A DNA stretch of 62,805 bases, filler included, from Craspedostauros australis (Eukaryota): NCBI GenBank assembly GCA_030167865.1. It is 7 parts of 7 records of this genome, joined end to end, with 100 filler letters (N's around TTAATTAATTAA, not from the genome) between each part and the next. Parts side by side here need not be neighbours in the genome. Positions count along the whole stretch, not along the records: positions 1 to 19,990 come from JALAGF010004142.1; 6 more parts are not named here. One strand, 5' to 3'. Positions 1 to 10,744 of this stretch are shown one piece after another. The notes under the pieces are model-generated. The model was not told the DNA's origin, did no database searches, and was given only the letters and a program-made list of their open reading frames with translations. Position numbers and translations under genes: made by a program. Each line of letters opens with the position of its first letter. Positions within the stretch are counted from its first letter, which is position 1.

Positions 1-1713
1 ATTCAGGTTCTGCTCTTCGGTGTCCTCGCCATCTCCCTCAAGAAGGTCGCTCCGTCCGCCCACACCGTCGCCGAGATCGTCAACGCACGATGGGGACGTT
101 CTGCGCACAAGACCTTCCTCTGCTTCTGCTTCGCCGCCAACATCATCGTCACCTCCATGCTCTTGCTCGGTGGTGCCGCCACCGTCGAGGCCCTCACAGG
201 AATGGACTACAGGCTGGCATCCTTCCTCATCCCATGGGGTGTCATCCTCTACACCGCCTCCGGTGGTCTCCAGGCAACATTCCTGGCCAGTTACATCCAC
301 ACCGTCATCATCTTCGCCGTCCTCATCATCATGATCTTCATCGTGTACATCAAGGTGTACTCCAGCGATGTCATCTACGCCTTCCTCGACAAGACCATCT
401 CGTACACCGAGGAGGAGTGCAAGATCATCTTCTCTTCCAACAACACAGTTGAGGGAACCTTCTTCGAGGCCGGAACCTACGCCTGCGGCGAGGTCAGCGG
501 AAACCGCGACGGATCCTACCTCACCATGCTCTCCAGCGACGGCCTCATGTTCGGAATCATCAACATCGTGGGTAACTTCGGAACCGTCTTCGTCGACCAG
601 TCCTACTGGCAATCCGCCATCGCCGCGCGCCCATCCTCTGCCGCTCGCGGATACCTGCTCGGAGGTATCTGCTGGTTCGCCATCCCATTCTCCCTCGCCA
701 CCTCTTTGGGACTCGCCTCCACCGCTCTGCAGCTCCCAATCACAGCCGATGAGGCTGGATCTGGACTTGTTCCACCCGCCGTTGCCACGGAATTGCTCGG
801 AGATGCCGGTGCCGTCCTCATCCTCGTCATGCTCTTCATGGCCATCGTGTCCACGGGATCCGCAGAATCTATCGCCGTGTCCTCCCTCGTCGCCTACGAC
901 ATCTATCGCGAGTACCTCAACCCAGACGCCACCGGAGAGCAGATCCTCTTCGTCTCGCGCTGCGTCGTCGTCGGATTCGGGCTGGTGATGGGAGCCCTGT
1001 CCATCCTCCTCTTCGAACTCGGACTCAACCTCGGATGGGTCTACCTCTTCATGGGAGTCGTCATCGGGTCCGCCGTCGTGCCGCTCTGGAACATGATGAC
1101 TTGGAAGAAGGCATCCGGAACCGGCGCGTGCGTGGCTGCATGGACCGGGCTTCTCCTCGCGATCGTCGGTTGGCTGGTGGCTGCCCAAGCCCAATCGGGA
1201 GAGATCACCGTCGACAGCCTCGGTACCAACGAGGTCATGCTTTCCGGAAACCTCATCGCCATCTGTTCCAGCGGCATCATCCACTTCGTTTACTCGACGG
1301 TCGTCGATCCGCAGGACTATGACTTTGCTGAGCTCGACAAGCACATCACCCTCGTCGAGGACGACCAGCGTGGACTGACCGCGGAAGAGCAGGACCCAGA
1401 GCTGCTGGCCGAGGCCGAGCAGTGGATCACGCGCCGCGGATACGCCCTCACCTTTCTTCTCATCTTCGTGTGGCCGCTTCTCAGCATCCCCGCCGGAGTC
1501 TTCTCCGAGTCCTACTTCGCCTTCTGGGTGCTCGTCGCCATCGCTTGGGGTTTCGGTGCCGCCTTGGTCATCACCATCCTGCCGTTGGTGGAGTCCGCCG
1601 ATGACATCACCCGCGTGCTCGGTGGTATGATGGGCATGAAGCCAGAGGAAGAACCAGAGATGGAGGAGCCACAGGCCCCCGCCAAGGAGCTCTCGTCCGA
1701 TGATGACGAGTAG
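1..1713 (+). CDS. DUR3: Urea active transporter DUR3 (sodium:solute symporter family), last exon; 5' part lies outside the window
   Basis: Frame is open from base 1 ([11 protein letters not shown]...). Multi-TM protein with DUR3 motifs [63 protein letters not shown] and YDIYR. Confidence 0.95.
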   Translation: MQVLLFGVLAISLKKVAPSAHTVAEIVNARWGRSAHKTFLCFCFAANIIVTSMLLLGGAATVEALTGMDYRLASFLIPWGVILYTASGGLQATFLASYIHTVIIFAVLIIMIFIVYIKVYSSDVIYAFLDKTISYTEEECKIIFSSNNTVEGTFFEAGTYACGEVSGNRDGSYLTMLSSDGLMFGIINIVGNFGTVFVDQSYWQSAIAARPSSAARGYLLGGICWFAIPFSLATSLGLASTALQLPITADEAGSGLVPPAVATELLGDAGAVLILVMLFMAIVSTGSAESIAVSSLVAYDIYREYLNPDATGEQILFVSRCVVVGFGLVMGALSILLFELGLNLGWVYLFMGVVIGSAVVPLWNMMTWKKASGTGACVAAWTGLLLAIVGWLVAAQAQSGEITVDSLGTNEVMLSGNLIAICSSGIIHFVYSTVVDPQDYDFAELDKHITLVEDDQRGLTAEEQDPELLAEAEQWITRRGYALTFLLIFVWPLLSIPAGVFSESYFAFWVLVAIAWGFGAALVITILPLVESADDITRVLGGMMGMKPEEEPEMEEPQAPAKELSSDDDE

Positions 1714-2249
1714 AAGGGTGGCGCTGCGGCTTTGGCAAGGACGGCATCAAGGCCCCCGTGGCCTTCATCCGATCCTGCCCATTCGAACTGCCACGCGCCA
1801 TCGATCCTGCTCACAATGGTGATGCCATCTTGAGACACCAGTCGCGCCTGCCCCCCGTATTGCGGGCGAGTTGCATGGCGCTGACGCCACATTCCAAACC
1901 ATGGCGGCAGCCCTTTCCGTGTGTATATCCTCTACGATAATGTTGTTCGAGAATGATGTGTAATACAATATCACATAATAGTAATAGTACTGTCCGAGCA
2001 AGTAGCTTATGCCATACACGTGCGTGCCGTGTCCCCAGGGTTGTCCTCTCTTTCGCGGAAAGATAGCATTCGATGGTTCGTCGCCGTGGTCGACGGCCAG
2101 ACATGAACACGTCTCGCCACCAAAAACGAAGTTCTCCCAAGCATTCATCCACACACACCCACATCAACACCTACCCTCAAACACAACGAACCGCTGGTAT
2201 CTTAGCAGTCGTACAAATACTCGCACAGTAGAGTTCGACGACTCCGCCC

Positions 2250-4133
2250 ATGCCTCGAACCTTGGCCAACACGCCATCCCCATCCACATCCACATCCACA
2301 CTCATACCCACGCTCGTTGTCGTAATGGCATCCATGAAAGCTTCAGACACAAGCGCCGTATTGGCACCACCAACACCACAAGATGCACAACGATATCAGG
2401 TGCTTGTGGAATTCGCGCACAGACACTTGGACTTTCAGCTCGCTGAGTTGGCATCGGTGTTGCAGCTGTTCGATTTGGAATTGAACAGCCCAGACTGTCA
2501 AGTCGTCGCACTGCCTGACGGTGTGTCAGAATGGCATGAATCAAACCACCAACAGCAGCACCAGCAGCACCAGCACCAGCAGGAACAACAGGAACAGAAC
2601 CTCCCATCATTGCCACCTGCAACAACAAAGACGACGACAAAGAGGACAATGAGGACACAACGATCCTTCATCGTCTTGTCATTCCCAACCACCAACAAAC
2701 GCGTCATGGCCAACAACAACAACAAAAGCAACAACAACAACAAAGAAAAGAGCGCAACGACGACCAATGTGGTGTCAAACTTGCAGGGAATCGGGGAAAT
2801 GCTATCACGGTGCACGTTGGTCAGGTCGGTGGTGGAATTGTGGGGTGCGTCCACCACCATCCCAGCATGCGCGCAGCAGGTCAAGAACTTTGTGCACACG
2901 ACAGTCTTGGGCAAGCAGATCTTCCGACGAATGTCCGACGAATCACAATCGTGGAAAATGACGATACACACCCTGGGCACCAAGTACACGAGGGAGGAGC
3001 AGAACGAAATGAGGAATCACTTCTCCACCATCGGCTTCACGGCGCCTGTCAAGATGAAGGATCCTCAGCAGGAGTACATTATGATCCGAGAGATCGAAAT
3101 GAACAGAACTGGGTGTCCCTTGTTCCCGCGGTTCTCGGAGAAAAAGGAGCTCATAGTGAGGAATGATGCCAGGCCGGCGCTGGCGGTCTACTTTGGGAGG
3201 GTGCTGAGCGGCATGCGGAACAGCCGCGACGGCATCGACCAGTACAGCCTCAAGAAACGGATATACTTGGGGCCGACCAGCATGGACGCCGAGCTGTCCT
3301 TCATCATGTCAAGCCTGGGGATGGTGCGACAAGGCTCCGTCGTCTTCGATCCGTTTGTTGGAACCGGCAGCATACTGCTCAGCTGTGCGCTGCGCGGGGC
3401 GTACTGCGTGGGTGCCGACATTGACATTCGCGTGCTACGAGGCAAGGGAAAGGACAAGACAATCTACAGCAATTTCGAGCAGTACGATTTGCGCCGACCG
3501 GAGCTGATCCGTTCCGACAATGCCATCTACCACCGCCATTACAGGCACCATGCCCCATACTTCGACGCCATCATTTGCGACCCACCCTACGGTATCCGAG
3601 CTGGAGCACGCAAGACGGGATCCAAGAAGGACCTGCCGCGCGTCATACCTGAGGAGCACCGACATGACCATATCCCCCAAACCAAACCGTACGCCGTGAG
3701 CGATGTCATGTCAGACCTGCTGGACGTGGCAGCACGGACCTTGGTCATGCATGGTCGCCTGGTGTACGTGATCCCGTCCTTCCGGCAATTTGATCCCGAC
3801 ACCGATCTGCCTCGCCATGAATGCTTGAAACTGCTGCATTCGTGCTACCAGCCGTTGTCACCGGAGCTAGGTCGCCGCATAGTTGCCATGAGGAAAGTGA
3901 AGGAGTACGACCCATCCAAGCGCGATGCCTACCTCTCGTCCGTCTGGGTAAATGGCGCCGAAAGCGCAGAAAAGTGCGCCAACATCCGTGAGAAGATCAT
4001 GGAGGCGGCCAAGCAAAAACCAGGGTACGATGAAAAACTCGCGATCCGGAAGAGGAAGCGAAAAGCTACCAAGGAAGCCAAAAAGTCAGCAACAATCGAG
4101 ACGAACGCTCCCACTCCAGCCATACGACCCTAA
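2250..4133 (+). CDS. TRM11: tRNA (guanine10-N2)-methyltransferase Trm11
   Basis: Motifs FAHRHLDFQLAEL, YLGPTSMDAELSFIM, SAM-binding DPFVGTGS and catalytic FDAIICDPPYGIRAG. Poly-Q/N insertions near the N-terminus. True start could be a downstream ATG. Confidence 0.92.
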   Translation: MPRTLANTPSPSTSTSTLIPTLVVVMASMKASDTSAVLAPPTPQDAQRYQVLVEFAHRHLDFQLAELASVLQLFDLELNSPDCQVVALPDGVSEWHESNHQQQHQQHQHQQEQQEQNLPSLPPATTKTTTKRTMRTQRSFIVLSFPTTNKRVMANNNNKSNNNNKEKSATTTNVVSNLQGIGEMLSRCTLVRSVVELWGASTTIPACAQQVKNFVHTTVLGKQIFRRMSDESQSWKMTIHTLGTKYTREEQNEMRNHFSTIGFTAPVKMKDPQQEYIMIREIEMNRTGCPLFPRFSEKKELIVRNDARPALAVYFGRVLSGMRNSRDGIDQYSLKKRIYLGPTSMDAELSFIMSSLGMVRQGSVVFDPFVGTGSILLSCALRGAYCVGADIDIRVLRGKGKDKTIYSNFEQYDLRRPELIRSDNAIYHRHYRHHAPYFDAIICDPPYGIRAGARKTGSKKDLPRVIPEEHRHDHIPQTKPYAVSDVMSDLLDVAARTLVMHGRLVYVIPSFRQFDPDTDLPRHECLKLLHSCYQPLSPELGRRIVAMRKVKEYDPSKRDAYLSSVWVNGAESAEKCANIREKIMEAAKQKPGYDEKLAIRKRKRKATKEAKKSATIETNAPTPAIRP

Positions 4134-4245
4134 CAGCATACCATGCCATATCGTACCATCCTATTCTATAATAGTTCTAAATGTTACAGTGGCAGCACTG
4201 TACGCGTGCGTACTCCATGAGTATGCACCACGCCGACAGGGGCTC

Positions 4246-7041
4246 CTACGGAACCTCAGTTTTGCCGCAGTCCCATCCAAACGGAAGCTGCCATGAGTTC
4301 GCAAAGTGCTTGGGTGTCTGCCAAAAAGTTTGCCGAGGCGCCTTGGAGTTGACGTCCAGTGGATACATGACAAATCCCTCTGGGTGGATCATTCTGGCAA
4401 TACATAACTTGAAGCACGCCGTCTTGTCGACCTTGCTCTTGGGCAGACGATCCCAAACAGTGACGACTTTGTTGGAATGGTAGAGCGGCGGATGAATCAA
4501 GGATGACATGGGGTGCCATTCGCCCTGGATCAGGAACCGCAGGACCATGCCCCATTCACCTTTGTCGGAGTGACGCACCTGGAAGAATGTTTGAAACTTG
4601 TTGTGGCTCCAAATAGCAATGTGATGATGTGGCCGTTTGGCTTCTTTCGATTTGATGGTGAAGTAATGATGCAGGATGCTGGGGTGCACGTTGCGCCGGC
4701 ACTTACCGCGGAAGTGAGAAGATATGACTTCAAAGGAGCTGGGTTCATGCGACTGTCCGTGGCTTCGTTTTCTCTTCGTCATGTGCTGCTTCTCTTGATA
4801 TTTGGTCAGGAATGCGTTGACATCGTCGTTGGGTTGATGATAGGCTTCGGAATGGAAGTACGCCGGCAGCAGGGTGATCATGGTGCAGAGGTGGATCAAG
4901 TTGGAGGCATCATGGCTGTTGAATCGATCCTCCCGCATGAGAGATTGAAATAACTCCTTGGCATTCCTGCGAGCACGAGCAGGCGCCTCCTTACCGTCTG
5001 GAGGCACTTCCTTCTTTGAAAATTGCTGCAGGATCGAATCGACTTGCTGGAGTATGTCGTCATTCCACTTCCATGAAACGCTGGTATGTAATGTTGCGAC
5101 GTTGCATTTGAGGATACGCTTGGCGTCCTCATCGAGCATGGGGTAGAACCGTGTCTCCTCCTTTTTAGTCTTCAGTCTCGCTTTCCAACGATACATCGAG
5201 TTCTTGTTCTCTGCAGGTTGACAGCACAGCTCACCGAACACTTTCAGAATGTTGGGCCCCCCAATGGACGAATGTGCTCTCACCACAAAGATGACGCATT
5301 CCAGAATCTGCTGTCTTGTGCATCGATAGCCGAATGCTCTCCTGAGGTAGAATACGAACCGAATTATCGTATCTGCGTAGATGCTGAGACCGAAGCAGTT
5401 AGACACTGCCGCCAGCCGCTTTGCTATCCTGAGCTTGATGGAGACTTTCACCAGTTGATGATTCTTCAGCATGTTCCGGAAGAAGGACGGATCGGTCAGC
5501 AATTCTGTATCCTTCCAGCTATCATCCATGCAGTCTCCTCGAAACATTTGAAATGGAACACTCTTGCGTTCATTGTCCGTCTTCAGCTGTTTGCATCGCA
5601 ACCCAACGATGTGTCTTGTGTACAGTATGAGCATCATCGGGACGCAAGATGTGCACCACACAGCTTTCCTCGCTGCTTCCATCGATACCGGTGTGACGGC
5701 GGTCCGTCCGGATTTTGTGAAGTCCGCTAAGATCGATGTGCTGATGACCCAATCGTAACCCTCCCGAGCGTCGTTGTAGGTGTCGAGATGGACGTCAGTG
5801 GCTGCTGGTCCGACGATGACAGCAATGCCCTCGACGCGAAAGTATTTGCTGTTGCTGTTGCTGTTGTTGTTGTGGCTGTTGCTCTCTCCACGTCCAAGAC
5901 CCGCTGCAAAGAGATCCCAAAATATTTGGCGTTCGGCGGTCGGTGGGAGGAAGAGACGAGACCCGGTGTCGTTCGTAGCAACTGTCGTCGGGCTGATGGA
6001 ATCGCACCTTTGGCGCAAAGTCTCCAATTTCTGGATAGAAAAGCATTCTGATTCGATGCCTTTCACAAGAGCACAGGTGATATCAAAGAGGCAGCCGCCG
6101 AGCTCAGGGCTGAGCTTGGACGTCTTCGACATGAGGCCTGGCATCGTCATTCCGCGATGGGACCACCAGCTTGTCGCCTGGACATGCGTGATTCCCACAT
6201 TGAAGCTGTGAAGGTTCCGTGAATCGTCACGCTCTCCCAGTTGGAGTATTTCTACCACATGTTTCCTCAGCATATCCTCCATCATGGCGGATACTTCATC
6301 CACCAACTTTCCCTTGTTGCTTACCATGGGCCTGAATGGGTTCTTGGAGCTGAGGCTGCAGTTTTGATCGGGGAGTATGGTTTTGATTTTGGGCATGTTT
6401 GTGTGGTTTCCTGGATTCCAACACTTCTTCAGGTTCATCTGGCCTCTGTGTCCCAGCGCACCATGAAACGTGCTATGGAGAGCACGGAAGAGGCAGATCT
6501 GTGCCTTGCTCCTCCTGATAATGAAAACTCGGTTCCCAATTGGTGCATGATGGTGGTTGATCGAGATGAGTTGGGTTGTTGCGGCTTCCGCTGTGGAAAG
6601 ATCTGCTTTCCGAGGTGGCAACAGCACCAATCCCCATTGCTCAGTGTCCTTCACATACATTGGAGCTGATTCACAGTCATGAAGCAAGTCCCAGAATTCG
6701 GCGTTTGATCTCGCCGCTTCTTCACGTGGTGCGGTTGGCGGAGGCAAAGGTTTTGAATTTGCTACAGCACCTCCATTGCCGCCATTGTCGCCGCTCGTGA
6801 CACGAAACAGCTGTAGCAAGGCTTTCTTTCTGAGTGCTCCTGCATCGAATATTGGGATCATCTTGGTTGTTTCATCGTACTGTGGCTGCCAGGAGGGTAT
6901 CAACTTTTTCTTTGCCCTTGCCTTCGTCTTTGCCTTTGACTTTGGCGTTGTTGCAGTTGCTGGCTTGTGGTTGTACTTGGACTTGGACTTGGTCTTGAAC
7001 TTGGTCTTGAACTTGGACTTATACCTTGGAACGTACGTCAT
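4246..7041 (-). CDS. Hypothetical 931-aa protein with Lys-rich N-terminus; possible degenerate TET/JBP-like 2OG-Fe(II) core
   Basis: Long uninterrupted ORF. Contains VHLDTYNDAREGYDWVIS...TAVTPV...LILYTR. The family assignment is tentative; the confidence refers to coding status. Confidence 0.7.
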   Translation of the reverse strand: MTYVPRYKSKFKTKFKTKSKSKYNHKPATATTPKSKAKTKARAKKKLIPSWQPQYDETTKMIPIFDAGALRKKALLQLFRVTSGDNGGNGGAVANSKPLPPPTAPREEAARSNAEFWDLLHDCESAPMYVKDTEQWGLVLLPPRKADLSTAEAATTQLISINHHHAPIGNRVFIIRRSKAQICLFRALHSTFHGALGHRGQMNLKKCWNPGNHTNMPKIKTILPDQNCSLSSKNPFRPMVSNKGKLVDEVSAMMEDMLRKHVVEILQLGERDDSRNLHSFNVGITHVQATSWWSHRGMTMPGLMSKTSKLSPELGGCLFDITCALVKGIESECFSIQKLETLRQRCDSISPTTVATNDTGSRLFLPPTAERQIFWDLFAAGLGRGESNSHNNNSNSNSKYFRVEGIAVIVGPAATDVHLDTYNDAREGYDWVISTSILADFTKSGRTAVTPVSMEAARKAVWCTSCVPMMLILYTRHIVGLRCKQLKTDNERKSVPFQMFRGDCMDDSWKDTELLTDPSFFRNMLKNHQLVKVSIKLRIAKRLAAVSNCFGLSIYADTIIRFVFYLRRAFGYRCTRQQILECVIFVVRAHSSIGGPNILKVFGELCCQPAENKNSMYRWKARLKTKKEETRFYPMLDEDAKRILKCNVATLHTSVSWKWNDDILQQVDSILQQFSKKEVPPDGKEAPARARRNAKELFQSLMREDRFNSHDASNLIHLCTMITLLPAYFHSEAYHQPNDDVNAFLTKYQEKQHMTKRKRSHGQSHEPSSFEVISSHFRGKCRRNVHPSILHHYFTIKSKEAKRPHHHIAIWSHNKFQTFFQVRHSDKGEWGMVLRFLIQGEWHPMSSLIHPPLYHSNKVVTVWDRLPKSKVDKTACFKLCIARMIHPEGFVMYPLDVNSKAPRQTFWQTPKHFANSWQLPFGWDCGKTEVP

Positions 7042-7704
7042 GTTGAATGCCCTGTCTCGTCCCAGCAGCTTGTGTGGTTGGTGTGATACGACTACTTGTA
7101 CTCGATGTATCCTCCTTCGTTTGGTGTTGTGGGGCGTTTCCGGTCGGTTGATGTCGTTTTTGTGGCCAGCTGGGCTTGTGAGGCTGCGAGACAGGTGTCA
7201 CTCCAATCGGAACGGCAGCGTCTGTCCGCCAGTACGAGCATCCCCACGCACAAAACAGTGGGTTCCTCCAGATCCTCGTTCTCGAGCCATTCTGGAACTC
7301 CCTCTATGGAGTTTTGGGCACTTTTTGTTCCTTGTCTGCCTTGTCATTGGGAGAAGCGGTGATTGTGTGTTCAGATCTATTTCGTGTTTTCTCGTTCCGA
7401 GCCGTCTTCTACATCACACAGAACGGATACTGTGTTGTGAAACACCAATCACAAAACATTGTGGAACTTCGTCACCTACTCTACGTTTCGTTCTGGTGGG
7501 ATGGTTGTGTGCGTTTTGTCCTTGCAAAGTGCTTTGTGGAAAGGGCCTTGTGTACAACTACATTTGGTATCATTCCAGGTAATCTCCATGTCCCCCAACA
7601 CCAAAGGCCTGCTGACAACACCAAACTCAACACAACAAGACGACAATGGAGAACACAACAAGACTCCTCGAGGGCCACCAAACAGGAGCCCAATGCAACA
7701 TCCA

Positions 7705-8504
7705 TGATTGGAAGCCTACGATCATGGAAGACAGTGTTGGTTGATAGTCATTCTGTTTGCTATTTCAATACGTTGGCACTCCGATTCTCTCAGTGTCCGT
7801 TCTCTTGCCCAATGCTCTTGGCACATCTCTCTGTTTTGTAGATTGGTCTCCAACTATGAGTCAGTATGCAAGATGCTCTCTTGCTGCTATTGTATTCTCT
7901 CTCTCTCTCTCTCTCTCTCTCAATATTCCATGTTCATGTTCCATGACACTTCCATGTTCAATGTGTACTCTGCACTCAACACTCCGTTTGTTCACTACTG
8001 GTTCCTACTCCATGAGTACTTACCACTTCAACTCCTCTTCCTGTATCCATGATCTCGATGTCCTTCGGTCATCAAATCTTCACCTTCTGCTTCTGACATG
8101 AAGACAGATGTCAATGTGGTGACATGATGACATCCCATCAACGTCAGTAGGCATTCTTCTGCTCTCCAGATGTCACGTTCCATCAATGATGCGATGGTCT
8201 GTCAGATGATATCATCATCTGGGGTTTAGTTGGGAGGTACCTTGAGCTTTGCTTGATACCATACATTTCCATTGGTGGATGGACGGACGATATTCCTGAT
8301 TCTCTCAGAAATCGTTGATTGCAAATTTCCTCCAGAAATTCTGCTCATTTTTGTGTGGTCCATTTCCACTGTGATTCCGACAAATCACAGTATCCTATTG
8401 ACAAGAATATAGTTGTACCGTCCAAACATGTATAAGAGAATAACGGGTGGACGATGCACATATACATGTCAAGATGTACATGTACACACATGTACATCTT
8501 GACA
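7705..8504 (-). mobile_element. Solo LTR, family A (800 bp)
   Basis: TG...CA termini, flanked by CATCCA on both sides (7699-7704 and 8505-8510). Absent from repeat R copy 2. The 8200-8504 part is homologous (reverse complement) to 56373-56664 and 51043-51126. Strand is relative to those copies. Confidence 0.8.
7896..7921. repeat. (TC)n microsatellite inside the solo LTR
   Basis: About 13 TC units seen directly. Confidence 0.9.
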
Positions 8505-10744
8505 CATCCAAAGACACAAGCAGAACCGACATGGAGATCTTGGTGAATGGGCAAAAGGGGGATGGATATCATAATGGTTGATTTGGGTCCATGACAGGGC
8601 AAGAAGCGAAGGATACAATTTGAATGCAAATCTGCTCATTGGATATGGTCTCCACATGGAATACACAAGTCATTCCAACAACTATGGATGGGCAAGACGC
8701 ATCCAAGAGGATACGGCGAAGGTACCCACGAAGTCTGAAGCTTGGGGATGGTCTGGAAGGTGTCAACGGAAAGAAAGAAGTGGAGGGCAGGATTTTTTGG
8801 TGAGTCGTGGCACACACATCACACCTGACTTCAGCGGTGATGGTAGGCATGGACAAGTCACCCAAGTTGCCAAGCCACTCATACGAGATGTGTTCAGAAC
8901 GAACTCAATATGATCATGGCAAAGTCTTCTCCATGGATATTGTCTGGAAGTGGCTGCACCCAAGAATGCATACCAACCGGTTGTTTCTCGTCGTCGCAAT
9001 AGCAGCACAGTGGCTTCATCGCACAGAGGTGCACCTTCAGAGGCACGAATGCCCAACGAATTCTAGATGCATCAGTGTGTCACCGGGGAATGTGGGAATG
9101 CACGAGGGTCACATCGAGGGGCTGCAAGGGTCATACAAACGATGTACGGATCCAACTATGCACATCATCCGCATCAACATGATTTTTGAAATTTGTGGGT
9201 TTCCCTCCAAGGAGGCTTTGGGGTATGCAATGTTGATATCCATGAAGAATCTCAACGGAGTGGGTATATCAGGAGTGTACAGAGCCAATGTGATGGACAG
9301 ATTGAAGAAATGGCAGGACTATGAGGATGATCATGGGTGCTGAAAGAGGGCAGCTCGGTGGCATCCAGAATAATTTTTATCCACCACACCACGGACAGCA
9401 AGCCAAAAGCGATGTTACAATAAAGTTCACATAAATTCACTTCGATATTCGGGATCACTGGTAGTAGTAGTCAGGGGGGTCTGGATGTCCTGCTTTGCTA
9501 TAATGTTAAATGATGTGTTGTTGACATATAGCATCATATACAGATATACAGATGTATGGATGGTTTTGAGTGTGCTCGAGACTAGTCTATTCCACGCAAC
9601 TAACTGATCATGCACAAAACTCCCCGATTAGTGTTATCGTTCGGTAGTTTCTGTGATCTGCAGGATCGTATTCACAAGCTGTACTCCATGGTATCATATT
9701 TATTGCATGGTGACAAATAATAGAATATAAGTACTTTGTTACAAAAATGTTATGACGTCATGGAATGGTCGGTCATACATACCCTCGTCCGAATCGAATG
9801 GTGTGGGTGCAACAGTCATACAATTGAAGTACATTCTGTAGCGGAGTACTTGACATCATCAAATCAACAACAAGTCGTATCCACCTGACAAGCAATAATA
9901 GATCATACCAACATTCGTCTGCTCTCTCTATTGAGCCATTCACGCACTCGCACCGTGCATGCCCTCGAAAGAGGCGATGTCCAGATACTCGGATCCTCAG
10001 ATGCTCATTTACAACGATTCAGAATCATGACAAAGCACACACAATATTGAACCAAAGCATCAAACCACGACGAGTATTGGATGCAACAGCAGTGTCCAGT
10101 GCACTCTAAACAGACGAAAGGCAATGAAGGAAATCTAACGCAGCATGTAGATATCGTCAATCCAGCCACAGAATTCGAACACCAGATTCAAATGCAACCA
10201 CAACGCATGGGACAGAATGCCAAACAAAACAACGACCCTGTCGCTTCGCTGTAAACAGAGGTGGTCTGCACCAACCGGCCACATCTCCAAATTCGTCTCC
10301 CTTCTCCACACGAAGCTAAACGTCCAGGAACACGTTCGATAGTATATCACCATGGAAAGGAAAATCCTTGCATTCACCCTCCCACCAACCATGCTGACTA
10401 TGCCACATCGAACAAAGCCGAAACAACAACTTTGTTTGAGTCCACCACTGACATTCGCTTTGCAACATCCAACAAACCATGCCATCAGTAAAACAAACGA
10501 AATAGAACCACGAAACAGTCATGGCGCGTGGAGAAACACTGACGAATCAACAAATCAACTCGTCACTGTGGATTGTTTCCATAGTAGTCCTTCGTTCGCA
10601 ACTATTGTCATACGTGACATGAAAAGCAACAGCTGAAATAAAACGATGAAACAACTCATGACGCTGGAAGCACGAATACCCAGTTTTCGCTGAATCCAGG
10701 AGACCTACCCGAATGCTTGGAATAGATTCTCTCCTCCACAACTT

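Larger units (their letters stand above)
7560..9690 (+). repeat. Decayed dispersed repeat R, copy 1 (interrupted by the solo LTR at 7705-8504)
   Basis: Aligns by eye with the reverse complement of about 18500-19840. Shared translated segments include WARRIQED, SHSYEMCSE and ISVSPxNVGxHEGHxExLQGSY...DDHGC. Confidence 0.85.
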
